The position numbers and the translations under genes were made by a program. Below the pieces are notes generated by a model that searched no databases, was not told the DNA's origin, and worked only from the letters and a program-made list of their open reading frames with translations. Of a DNA stretch of 64,000 nt, positions 38,092 through 48,600 are shown piece by piece (the stretch's first letter is position 1; each line of letters starts with the position of its first letter). This stretch comes from Sedimentisphaeraceae bacterium JB056. Its GTDB lineage: Bacteria; Planctomycetota; Phycisphaerae; Sedimentisphaerales; Sedimentisphaeraceae. Location of the stretch: the NCBI GenBank assembly GCA_044440125.1, contig JBITAJ010000029.1, positions 224,001 to 288,000 on the forward strand. The letters run 5' to 3'.

Positions 38092-39489
38092 GTGGATAAT
38101 ATTTCGGAAGTTAAACAGCCCCTGAGTTTTGGGCAGAAGGTAGCCTGGAGTATTGGCGGTATGGCTGATACTCTTATGTCGAATGTTCTCTTTTCTCTTG
38201 CCATTCCAATCTATTGTATTGGGATGGGGGTTGATCCGTTTTTAATTGGCATCGCTCTTGCTTTGCCGAGACTCTGGGATGCGGTTACTGATCCTGTAAT
38301 GGGTAATATCTCGGATAACACAAGAAGCAGATTTGGAAGAAGAAAGCCTTATATTATTTGCGGTACTATTGTTGCCTCCATATTATTTTGTCTGATATGG
38401 AATCCCCCAGGCTTTCTGAATGAGATTGGTTTGTTTATATTCTTTACAGTTGTATCCATATCATTCTTTACCGCTTATACAGTTTTTGCCGTACCTTGGA
38501 ATGCGCTGGGCTTTGAGCTTACAACCGACTATAATGAGCGAACAAAGGTTATGGCATATAAGGGATTTCTTGCAAGTTTAGCTTGTGCACTAATTCTTCC
38601 TTTGCCATATAAGCTTTCCTTGTTACCTGTTTTCGGTAACGATGAAGTTGAAGGTATAAAGATAGTTGGCTTAATGTTTGCGGCAGTTATGCTTGTCTTG
38701 GGTATTATACCTGGAATATTCTGTAAAGAGGTTGCTAAAGAGAATACTCAAAAACAGGAAAAAATAAAACTTTTGACTGCGATCAAAGAAACTTCGCAAA
38801 ATAGACCTTTCTTGCTGATCTGCGGTGTTATAATTTGTGTTATTACTGGCGTATATTTACTTATGCCGCTTGGTTCATATCTGATGATCTATTATCTATA
38901 TGATGGAGTTAAGTCGGATGCGGCAACTCTTATGATGCTTGGACAATTTGTTTACAATGGTCTTGGTTTGGCTATTATGCCGGCAATTGTGTGGGCCTCA
39001 AAGAAATTCGGCAAAAGAATTACGTTGATGGTGGGGTTGTCTCTTGTTGTTTTAGCTTATCCACTTACTCTTATTACTTATAATAAGGATTACCCATACC
39101 TTGTTTTAGTGGGTTCTTTTCTGACCTGTCCGGGACTCTCATGTGTTTGGGTTCTTACATCCTCAATGCTCGCAGATGTATGTGATTTGGATGAGCTTAA
39201 GACCGGGCTTCGCCGTGAAGGTATGTATGGAGGGATTTTTACGTGGGTATTTAAGCTGGGGTTGACTGTTGCTATGGCTGTCAGCGGACTTGTTGTCAGA
39301 TATTCAGGTTTTGATCAGGATCTTTCTCCTCTGGAAAATTCTGATGCCCTGTGGTTTATGAGGCTTTGCAATGCTGCGGTACCTACCATGTTTATGCTGA
39401 CTGCATTGATCTGTGCATTTTATTATCCACTTACCAGAGCCAAAATGAAGGAAGTAAGAGAACAGCTTGACAGCAGAAAGAAAGAATAA
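38092..39489 (+). CDS. MFS GPH-family sugar transporter (paralogue of 30458-31888)
   Basis: WDAVTDPVMGNISDNTRSRFGRRKPY, MLADVCDLDELKTGLRREG. Confidence 0.92.
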   Translation: MDNISEVKQPLSFGQKVAWSIGGMADTLMSNVLFSLAIPIYCIGMGVDPFLIGIALALPRLWDAVTDPVMGNISDNTRSRFGRRKPYIICGTIVASILFCLIWNPPGFLNEIGLFIFFTVVSISFFTAYTVFAVPWNALGFELTTDYNERTKVMAYKGFLASLACALILPLPYKLSLLPVFGNDEVEGIKIVGLMFAAVMLVLGIIPGIFCKEVAKENTQKQEKIKLLTAIKETSQNRPFLLICGVIICVITGVYLLMPLGSYLMIYYLYDGVKSDAATLMMLGQFVYNGLGLAIMPAIVWASKKFGKRITLMVGLSLVVLAYPLTLITYNKDYPYLVLVGSFLTCPGLSCVWVLTSSMLADVCDLDELKTGLRREGMYGGIFTWVFKLGLTVAMAVSGLVVRYSGFDQDLSPLENSDALWFMRLCNAAVPTMFMLTALICAFYYPLTRAKMKEVREQLDSRKKE

Positions 39490-39497
39490 GGTAAAAC

Positions 39498-41471
39498 GTG
39501 TTGGATTGGAAAAAAACAGTTAGTTTAGATGATCAGCTTTCTATTGTTGAAGACGGCGTAAGCGAATATTCAATATATGCAGAGAATGAGCCTACATTAC
39601 GTTTTGCAGCAGAGCAACTGCAAAGTTATATTCAGCAGATTAGTGGTGCTCATCTTCCGATAGTTGACGAATTCAACGAAGATGGCTGTTTTATTGTTCT
39701 TGCTAAATCAGATTCAGAACTTATAAAGCCATGTTTGCAGATTCAGGAATTAGAGTATGATGGTTTTTGTATCTGGAATGAAAGTAAGAATATATATATA
39801 ACCAGTAATTATCCGCGTGGTGTTCTTTTTGCCGTATATGAATTCTTAGAGCAGCAGGGGTGTGTTTTTGTTCAGGCGGCGGGGATAGGGGAGTTTGTAC
39901 CTGAATTGAGGAATATATTTTTCTGTGACACTATTTTCCAGAACCCATCTCTTGAACTAAGGGGGATAACACAGGCTCCGCTTGAGTTTACGCAGGAATG
40001 GGTTGATGAATATTACAGGATTATTGATAATGCTGCTAAAAATAAAATCAATTCAGTTTTTATTCATTGCAAACTGGAGCTTGAACTTACTGGTATAACA
40101 TCTGTTATATCTGATGAGATTAAAAAGAGAGGGCTTGTATTAGAAATAGGCGGCCATGGTGCTGAAAAGTTTATAAACAAAGATCTCTTCGAACAGAAAC
40201 CTTACCTCTTTAGAGAAAAAGATGGGCGGCGAACACAGACGGGTAATATCTGTTCGAGTTCCGTTGAGGCGATGGATATAATTTCTCAAAACTTAGGAGA
40301 TTATTTTAAACGTAATGAAAATATTGATATATTGCATTGCTGGTTTGAAGATGTTGAGGGAGGAAGTTGGTGTTCTTGCCAGCAGTGTAAAGAGGTTACT
40401 CCGATAAATCAGCAGTTTAATGTACTTAGTAAAATAAGCAGCAATATAAAAAAGGTCTACCCTGATAAGCATCTGGATATGCTTCTTTATCATGATACAA
40501 TAATAGGTATCAGTGATCTTGATGTTGATAATGAACAGGGTATTTATGGCTTTTTTGCTCCTCGTGAACGATGCTATGCTCACAGCCTCGATGATCAAAA
40601 TTGTCCGTTAAACAGGAGATATTTTCATGCATTGAAGGATACTGTATCTATCTTTGGGGAAGATTACAGCTATATATTTGAATACTACGGCGACTTGATA
40701 TTATACGTTAAAAATAAGACGATTTTTTCCAGAACTATTGCCGGTGACATAAGGGCGTATGCAAATAACGGAATACGCAAAATGACAACCTTGTGTTTTG
40801 GAGCTTATTCTGTTTGGGCATATCCGGTTAATATTTTTACTTACGCAAAACATTGCTGGAACAGTGATCTTGATGTCAATGGAACAGTAAAACTCTTTGC
40901 GAAAGGGCTAAGACTTGATGGGGATGATTATATTGAGTATCTGGAGCTTGTGCAGCGGGCAGATTCTAAAACCTATGCTTTTTGCGGATATGAAATGCAG
41001 TTTGGTGATATTCGCGTTCTACCGGTTGAGCCTTTAAAGTATTATGGAGAGCATGTTAGCAAAATCAAGGAAGCGTTGCAATTACTTTCCCAAGCAGAGG
41101 GTGTTCTTGAGCGTATAGCAGAGGGGATTGCTCCTGAAATCTCTGATTATCTGAAATACGAAAGTATTATGCTTAAAATAACGAAACTTGAGACAGAGTC
41201 AATTTATTACAGGATGCATGCACGATATCTTAATAAGATTGATGCAGGAAGTGTGAGTAAGCACGAATTGGCTAAGTGCTGTAAGAAAGTGATCGATTTG
41301 CAGAATGAAATGAAAAGCATAATCCAAGATGTGCCGTTGGAAATTAAAGGCACAGTAGGCAGCAAGACCTTCCCTGTACATTTGTGTAGTGAACAGATTG
41401 ATATAATGCGGGATGTAATAGAAAACGAATTGGGGCTGGATTTTGTCAGGGATATTGAGCAAAAATATTAG
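39498..41471 (+). CDS. DUF4838-like protein (GH67-type N-terminal domain, candidate glycoside hydrolase)
   Basis: FAAEQLQSYIQQISGA.LPI, RGVLFAVYEFLE..G, WCSCQQC, ERCYAH, YIFEYY. Confidence 0.7.
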   Translation: MLDWKKTVSLDDQLSIVEDGVSEYSIYAENEPTLRFAAEQLQSYIQQISGAHLPIVDEFNEDGCFIVLAKSDSELIKPCLQIQELEYDGFCIWNESKNIYITSNYPRGVLFAVYEFLEQQGCVFVQAAGIGEFVPELRNIFFCDTIFQNPSLELRGITQAPLEFTQEWVDEYYRIIDNAAKNKINSVFIHCKLELELTGITSVISDEIKKRGLVLEIGGHGAEKFINKDLFEQKPYLFREKDGRRTQTGNICSSSVEAMDIISQNLGDYFKRNENIDILHCWFEDVEGGSWCSCQQCKEVTPINQQFNVLSKISSNIKKVYPDKHLDMLLYHDTIIGISDLDVDNEQGIYGFFAPRERCYAHSLDDQNCPLNRRYFHALKDTVSIFGEDYSYIFEYYGDLILYVKNKTIFSRTIAGDIRAYANNGIRKMTTLCFGAYSVWAYPVNIFTYAKHCWNSDLDVNGTVKLFAKGLRLDGDDYIEYLELVQRADSKTYAFCGYEMQFGDIRVLPVEPLKYYGEHVSKIKEALQLLSQAEGVLERIAEGIAPEISDYLKYESIMLKITKLETESIYYRMHARYLNKIDAGSVSKHELAKCCKKVIDLQNEMKSIIQDVPLEIKGTVGSKTFPVHLCSEQIDIMRDVIENELGLDFVRDIEQKY

Positions 41472-41501
41472 ATTGTAACATCAATACATAATGGAGGCAA
41501 A

Positions 41502-42998
41502 ATGCAAAAGAAACAAGCAATTGTTATTATGAGTGATACTCAGCGACGTGACATGCTGGGGTGTTATTACGGAGACAATGTTCGAACACCGAATCTTGAC
41601 AGATTGGCGTCAGAGGGTATGCTTTTTGAACGTGCTTATTGTTGTGACCCCGTTTGTGGGCCGGCTCGTTCCGCGATATTTTCTGGGACTTATCCTCATA
41701 CTAATGGTATATGGTCGAATGGTTTTTCGATGGGAACTGATATCCCTACTATAGGTCAAAGGCTATCAAAAGATGATATATATAGTGCGTATATTGGCAA
41801 ATGGCATATTGACGGGGCTATGTTTGGTCATGGAAAAGCTCCTGAAGGGTGGGCCTCGGAATGGTGGTTTGATGCTCGTAATCATTTAGAGCAGTTCAGT
41901 GATGAAGAACGTTTAATGCTTAGAAACGCTGAATCGAGTGGTAAAGTTCCTGAAGATATGTGTTTCGCGAATCACTGTACCGGCAGAGCTTTGAAATTTA
42001 TAGATGAAAATAAAGACAAAGACTTTCTGTTGGTTGTGTCGTATAAAGAACCGCATCATCCATGGCTTGCTCCTGAACCGTTTGCCAGCATGTTTGATAA
42101 TGATGATATCAAGCTGGATAATAACACGAATATCAAACTTGATGATAATATACCTGAATTAAAGCGTTTATGGGGTCAGGCTTACGTGCATAATATACCA
42201 AATAATTTTATAGAGCAAAAGAAACGTTTCCTTGCATGTAATGCTTATGTTGATTATGAAATAGGTAAGTTGCTGAACAGTATTGATGATAACTGTCCAG
42301 AAGCATTAACTATTTATACTGCTGATCATGGTTTTTCATTAGGCAATCGGATGGGATTATATGACAAAGGACCGGCTGTTTATGAAGAAATCATAGGTGT
42401 TCCTCTTCTTATTAGAAAAAAAGGAATGATATCTTCAAATACAAGATACAAAAATCCTGTATCACATATTGACTTAACGCCTACTATTCTCGATTTTATG
42501 GGATGTAAATCTTCTCCTGTACTGGAAGGTAAAAGTATGCTGCCGATTCTTAAAGATTCGAAGGTGCCTCATAAATCGGAAGTATTTGTGGAATTTGGTC
42601 GTTTCACTATGGCACATGATGGGTATGGTGGATTTAACCCTTATCGTTGCTGTATAACTGAAGATTATAAATTATGTATTAATTTGTTGGACAAGGATGA
42701 ACTCTATAATATAAAGGAAGACCCCGATGAAGTTGTGAACTTGATTAGTGTGCCAGAATATGCGGAGATTCGTAATCAGCTTCATGATCGAATTCTGGAA
42801 TGGATGGGCGAGACAAGAGATTGTTTTCGGGGATATCATTGGGAACGCCGTCCATGGAGGACAGATGCACGCCCAGCATCTTACCATTATACTAGAACTA
42901 AAAGATACAAACGTGGCGATCCTGGTTTTACACCTGAACCATTGGATTATTCTACTGGGCTGCCAATTAGTAATTATGATCAAAAAGTTACTTATTGA
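41502..42998 (+). CDS. Cys-type formylglycine-dependent sulfatase (YidJ-like)
   Basis: IMSDTQR, RTPNLDRLA, CGPARSAIFSG (CxPxR), GKWH, PHHP, TADHG, ELYN...DPDE; no signal peptide. Confidence 0.92.
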   Translation: MQKKQAIVIMSDTQRRDMLGCYYGDNVRTPNLDRLASEGMLFERAYCCDPVCGPARSAIFSGTYPHTNGIWSNGFSMGTDIPTIGQRLSKDDIYSAYIGKWHIDGAMFGHGKAPEGWASEWWFDARNHLEQFSDEERLMLRNAESSGKVPEDMCFANHCTGRALKFIDENKDKDFLLVVSYKEPHHPWLAPEPFASMFDNDDIKLDNNTNIKLDDNIPELKRLWGQAYVHNIPNNFIEQKKRFLACNAYVDYEIGKLLNSIDDNCPEALTIYTADHGFSLGNRMGLYDKGPAVYEEIIGVPLLIRKKGMISSNTRYKNPVSHIDLTPTILDFMGCKSSPVLEGKSMLPILKDSKVPHKSEVFVEFGRFTMAHDGYGGFNPYRCCITEDYKLCINLLDKDELYNIKEDPDEVVNLISVPEYAEIRNQLHDRILEWMGETRDCFRGYHWERRPWRTDARPASYHYTRTKRYKRGDPGFTPEPLDYSTGLPISNYDQKVTY

Positions 42999-43043
42999 GA
43001 AATTCAGAAGTACAATTTTGTATATAGATTGTTTTTAGATAGT

Positions 43044-44561
43044 ATGAATACTAAATGTAATATTGTAAATTTTATCAGGGGCATTGAACCCAGATGTGAT
43101 ATGGATCTGTTTGAGCCGGTTATAGAGCAGTTGAAGATTGTTCAGGCTAATAACCTCCCGGCTACATGGCTGTTTCAATATGATGCGTTTATAAATCCTG
43201 AATTTGTATCTATCTTTGATAATGCCGGTTCTGATCAGGAGATTGGATTGTGGCTTGAGATCGTTCAGCCGATGGTTGAAAAGGCAGGGCTTAAGTGGCG
43301 TGGTAGATGGGGCTGGGATTGGTTCCCTGATGTAGGTTTTACTGTCGGTTATGATAAGCAGCAGCGTGAAAAACTTATAGATGTGTGTTTTGCCGAATTT
43401 GAAAATGTATTCGGGTATTTTCCTGAGTCTGTCGGTTCGTGGGTATTGGATGCTCATTCAATGGAATACATGTCGAATAAGTATGGAGTTAAAGCGTTCT
43501 GTGTGTGTAAGGAGCAGTCCGGTACCGATGGCTATACATTATGGGGCGGTTACTACAATCACGCATATTACCCTTCAAAAAATAATGCCCTGTTGCCGGC
43601 TTGTGAAAAAAGAAACCAGATTAACACGCCCGTATTCCGTATGTTGGGAGCAGATCCGATTTATCAGTATAATGCTGATACTTATGATTGTGAAGGCCAG
43701 GATGCTCAAAGAGTGCATACGCTTGAACCTGTATCGGGAGGTTGCGGGGATAATAAGGATTGGATTAATTGGTATTTTGATATAAACGAATCTCAAAATA
43801 CATACCCCTTTGGGTATATACAAATCGGACAGGAAAATTCCTTTGGATGGGATGTGATCAAGACCGGTTTTACTCTACAGATAGAGGTTCTGATGGAACG
43901 AGTCAAAGACGGCAAAGTTGAGGCTCAGACGCTTGCGCAGTCGGGTAAATGGTTTCGTAAGCAGTTTGGTGTTTCGCCGGCGATTACTTTTTCTGCTCTT
44001 GACGATTATAAGAAGCAGAATTTCAAGTCAGTATGGTTCTATAGCCGTTACTACAGGATAAATATCGTTTCTGATGGTTCACAGATCTTTATACGCGATC
44101 TTATGCTCTACAGTGATGAGCTAAAAGAGAAGTATATTGATGGCGTTTGTAACAGTCCTCATTGTCAATTCAGGGCATTGCCGATAGTAGAAGGTTCGCT
44201 TTATGATGAGGACTGCGGCAGAATTAAACTTCCAGTGAAATTAATAAGTGATTCGCTTAATATAACTCATAATGAAGATGCTAAGCTTCTTACGTGGGAT
44301 ACGGCTGATTGCAGGAAATTTACTGTTAAATTGTTAGAAGATAGCATCGAATTTTATTCAGATGACAAAGACTGGTCGTTGACTTATCTTATTGGAGAGA
44401 ATAAGTCATTGCTGAATAATGTTTTATCTGATAGTTTGTTGTTCAGTCAAGATGAGTTTGAATATAGGCTGAATCTCTCTGAGGGTTTATTTGTTAAGAA
44501 AAATTCTGTTATAAGTCTGACTACGGAGGGTTGTAGACTTGTTGTTAATCTAAAAGATTAG
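43044..44561 (+). CDS. Conserved hypothetical protein (possible carbohydrate-active barrel enzyme)
   Basis: Long ORF in operon; NIVNFIRGIEPR, ATWLFQYDA, DGYTLWGGY, GQENSF; function not assigned. Confidence 0.55.
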   Translation: MNTKCNIVNFIRGIEPRCDMDLFEPVIEQLKIVQANNLPATWLFQYDAFINPEFVSIFDNAGSDQEIGLWLEIVQPMVEKAGLKWRGRWGWDWFPDVGFTVGYDKQQREKLIDVCFAEFENVFGYFPESVGSWVLDAHSMEYMSNKYGVKAFCVCKEQSGTDGYTLWGGYYNHAYYPSKNNALLPACEKRNQINTPVFRMLGADPIYQYNADTYDCEGQDAQRVHTLEPVSGGCGDNKDWINWYFDINESQNTYPFGYIQIGQENSFGWDVIKTGFTLQIEVLMERVKDGKVEAQTLAQSGKWFRKQFGVSPAITFSALDDYKKQNFKSVWFYSRYYRINIVSDGSQIFIRDLMLYSDELKEKYIDGVCNSPHCQFRALPIVEGSLYDEDCGRIKLPVKLISDSLNITHNEDAKLLTWDTADCRKFTVKLLEDSIEFYSDDKDWSLTYLIGENKSLLNNVLSDSLLFSQDEFEYRLNLSEGLFVKKNSVISLTTEGCRLVVNLKD

Positions 44562-44586
44562 AGTTTATTAAATAAGGGATGATATT

Positions 44587-45420
44587 ATGAAAAGAGTGAT
44601 ATGTGTTTTAGTTGTCATCATGTGTTGTGGGTTTTGTGCGGCAGATGATAAAGTTAAATCTGAGTCTTCATATACGACAGTTAAGGATATATCGTATATT
44701 CTGGATCAGACTGATAATGTTGATGAGTATGCGAAAGAGAGATGTAAGCTTGATATCTATTACCCTGAAGGCAAGGATGCGTTTACGACTGTTGTATGGC
44801 TTCATAGCGGTGGGCTTACTGCAGGTGAAAAATGTGTTCCTGATGAGTTGAAAGGCAAGGGGATTGCTGTCGTCGGAGTTAATTATCGATTGTCTCCCAA
44901 AGTTAAAAGTCCGGTATATGTAGAGGATGCCGCACAAGCTATAGCATGGGTATTCAAAAACATTTCTGAGTATGGCGGTGATCCTGAAAAAATAATCGTT
45001 TCGGGATTTTCTGCCGGTGGTTATCTTACTTCTCTTATTGGTTTGGACAAGAGATATCTCGCCAGGTATGGAATTGATGCTAATGATATCGCAGGCCTTG
45101 CCGCACTAAGCGGGCATGCTATCACTCATTTTACGGTTAGAGAAGAGATGGGCATTGATGGGAAACAGCCAGTAATAGATGAAATGTCTCCTTTGTTTTA
45201 CGTTCGTGGTGATGCGCCGCCTCTTTTGCTTGTAACCGGAGACAGGGAGCTTGAGGTTCTCGGGAGATATGAAGAGAATGCATATCTTATGAGAATGATG
45301 AGAATCGCCGGTCATACAAAAACTGAAATTTATGAATTGGATGGCTACGGTCATGAGAGAAAACCGGCCTTGCCTCTGTTGATTAAATTCATAAATAGAG
45401 AACTCAAGCCTGTTATGTAA
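44587..45420 (+). CDS. Secreted alpha/beta-hydrolase (esterase/lipase)
   Basis: Signal peptide, LDIYYP, HSGGL, VNYRLSP, GFSAGG nucleophile elbow. Confidence 0.9.
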   Translation: MKRVICVLVVIMCCGFCAADDKVKSESSYTTVKDISYILDQTDNVDEYAKERCKLDIYYPEGKDAFTTVVWLHSGGLTAGEKCVPDELKGKGIAVVGVNYRLSPKVKSPVYVEDAAQAIAWVFKNISEYGGDPEKIIVSGFSAGGYLTSLIGLDKRYLARYGIDANDIAGLAALSGHAITHFTVREEMGIDGKQPVIDEMSPLFYVRGDAPPLLLVTGDRELEVLGRYEENAYLMRMMRIAGHTKTEIYELDGYGHERKPALPLLIKFINRELKPVM

Positions 45421-45438
45421 GAGGGCTTAAATGGTTAC

Positions 45439-45470
45439 ATAGCCATTGGGTGACCAGTGGTTATTTTTTT
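45439..45470 (+). terminator. Putative intrinsic terminator
   Basis: ATAGCCATTGG-gtga-CCAGTGGTTAT stem (two G-U pairs) followed by a T run. Confidence 0.65.
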
Positions 45471-45478
45471 ATAAAAAG

Positions 45479-45531
45479 AATTACACGTGTAATTAGGTTT
45501 GTTGCAAGGAGAATTAAAATGCAGCTATAAT
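45479..45531 (+). promoter_or_regulatory. Operator palindrome AATTACACGTGTAATT plus putative promoter
   Basis: Perfect 16-bp palindrome at 45479-45494; TTGCAA (45502-45507), 18 bp, TATAAT (45526-45531). Confidence 0.7.
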
Positions 45532-45605
45532 GATTGAAGAAGTTTTTTGTAATTGGCATTTGGTGCGTATGCGTGATAATCAATAATCATTTAAGGAGAT
45601 TAATT

Positions 45606-48600
45606 GTGAAATTTAAATTTAATAGTCTGATGTTAGTGGCAGTTTTGTGTTGCAGTTTTGTGTATGCAGAGTTTGATGATAATTTTACAAGATCAGACAG
45701 CAACACAGTAGGCAATGGTTGGGTTGAAACAGAATCAAGTACAAGCCAGTTGGATATTCAGATTGTAAATAATGAAGTGAGCTGGGTAAGGATAGGTTCT
45801 ACAGATACAAATTCTGACGGTTCAATAGAGCATACATTTGATGCAGCAAGTGAGATATCTATACAGATGAAAATGCCTGTTATAGGATCTGACGGTCCGT
45901 CGATGATTTTTACTATATATGATGATGACAGCAATAAGATTGGCGTTCTGCTTGCAGAGAAATATGGCACAGATGGTCAGGTTGTAAGGATATATGTAAA
46001 CGGTGTGGAAGCGGCAACAAGGAATGTTGATGATTACGATACTTATAATACCTATAAGTTCGTTATCTCTGACAGTGGTCAGGTAAGTGTCTTGTTTAAT
46101 AACAGTACTGAATGGGAAAGTCCTCACGGCACACTTGGTTACGCAACAAAGGCTAATGTAAAGTTCTCAAGATGGTGGCGGTGGAATCAGGCATTCGCAG
46201 ATACGTTCAATACCACAGATGCGCCTGATGCCTGTCAGTGTGATCCGAATCTAATTGATATTGAAAGGATTTCTGAAATTGCTCTGAATGATGAATTCAG
46301 TCGTTCTGATAATTCCGATGTTGGAAACGGATGGACTGAAACTTCTGCAGGTAACGCTGGCGGCGGCGGTTCATTACCTTCTGCAGAAATATCTGGTCGT
46401 GAGGTTCTATTTAAACGAAACGGTTGGGGCTCAAACGCTTACGCGAAAATATCAAGAAGTTTCGCTGTTTCACAGAATATTGATAATGCAAGTGTTGATC
46501 TTGCTTTAGACACTAACGCATCATCAGGTTCAAATGTAACATATACTGACTTTAAAGTAACCGGAACCAATCGGGATGTAAGTGCGAGAGTCTTTGTTGA
46601 CACAAATGACAGTAGCAAGTTAGGTGTAGGACTCTATGATGAAGGTACGTGGTCATGGGGCCAAACTTCCAACAATGGCAGTTTTAACAATCTTCGCTTT
46701 ACAAATGAGATAATAAATGGGCAGCAGGAGACATGCTTCTATTTCAATGACAGCCTTTTATGGACAAGTGATGATGGAGGCTTGGGAGTCATTACTGATG
46801 CAGAAGTTTCTGCGAATTGGAAAGTTTGGGTGGATACGGCACAGCAGTATGCTGATAATTTTGTATGCAGTAAAACAATATCATCGGATATTGATGTGTT
46901 TGACCGTCCCGACAGTACAACAGTAGGTAATAGCTGGACGCAAACATACGCAGGCAATGCAGGTGGCGGCGGTTCAAATCCTTCATCAGAAATATACGGT
47001 AATGAGATTGTATTTAAGAGAAACGGATGGGGTTCTAATGCTTATGCTATGATATCTAAGAGTTTTGATTCGACTCAAAATATCGATAACGTGAGTATTG
47101 ACCTTGCATTAGGCACTGACGCTTCTCAAGGTTCAAATGTGACCTATACGGAATTAAAGTTGACTGGTACCGAGAGGAATGTTAATGCCAGAGTTTTTGT
47201 CGATACAAACGATGATACTAAGTTAGGTGTCGGTCTTTATGATGAAGGCACATGGACTTGGGGACAAACATCCAATAATGGCAGCTATAACAATCTGCGC
47301 TTCACAAATGAAATGGTAAGCGGTCAGCAGCAAACCAGATTTTATTTTAATGATACTCTGCTGTGGACAAGTGATGATGGTGGTGTTGGTATGATTACTG
47401 ATGCCGAAATTTCAGCGAACTGGAAGATTTGGGTAGATACAACGCAGCAGTATGCAGATAATTTTATTGCAGATTCAAGTTGTCTATTTGATGAGGATGA
47501 CAGCACTTACCTTTATCCCGGGGAAAATGAATATCTTATCTCAAAGGACAGTTCTGAATTGATCATGATTGAGATGTTCATTGATGCTGCAGCTGAAGGC
47601 AGTGTATGGGTCGATTGTGGTGATGTAATGCCGAGAGTTATCAATTATGAGTTGGGCAAAACATGGTATCGGTTGAGAATACCTTATAGTACATCGAGAA
47701 ACATAATTGTCTCTTGGGACGACCCTAATGACAATGCTAAATGGTGTGATATTCGTGTGGCATCAAGGACTGCCGTTCCTAATTCCTTTACCGCTACTGA
47801 TACCGTTAATATATCACTGGATATCACGGGAGAAGGTTCTACTGCCGTATCTGAGGTTCCATTTGGTGTTATGTGCAACTGGTGGGAGAATGGCCTTGTT
47901 GATGCGATTCTTGATTCTTCTGTGTCGCAGGAGCTGATAAGCCTCTTTGCCGATTATGGTGTTGATGGCTTGCGTTATCCCGGTGGTACGGGTACGTATG
48001 GATATCCGTTGTCATCAGATGCAATACAACCTTATATTGATGCCGGTTTAACTGATTATGCCTATGGCTTGTATGCAGATCCTATTGTATGGGCCAGTGC
48101 TGAGGACTATCTTGATTTCTGCATCGCTGCCGGAATAACATCATGGTATGAGATTAATCCGGGATACTGGTTCGACAGTGTTAATGATGATGTGTACAAA
48201 AGCATACCAATGAAGACTGATGATCCGAATATGACAACCTATCTGACTCAGGCCGTCAGTGCTGCCGTTGACTTTGCTGACACTTTGCATACAAGCGGTG
48301 CAGATGTAATCTGGGAGATTGGCAATGAAGACTATTGCTACTATTCTGGTGATGATTATGCTGTGCTGTGTGAGGCATTTGTCGAAGGTATAAAGTATGA
48401 ATATCCCAATGATAAATTTGCTGTCTGCGGTGATAGTAACAGCTGGTCTGACTGGACTTTCCATAACGATCTTGTAGATGCGTTGGAAGTGTCTAATATT
48501 TCAGATGTCGAATATTCAAGTAACCACTTGTATCTTACTGGTGTCGGTTATTGGGATTCGACAGGCTATCACGCTTATCCCTGGAATACGGCAAGAGATA

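Noticed and set aside
33201..42998. Sulfoglycolysis (sulfo-TAL/EMP) interpretation of transaldolase + kinase + ADH + exporter
   Set aside because: No recognisable sulfoquinovosidase (GH31) or SQ isomerase; the sulfatase acts on sulfate esters, not sulfonates.
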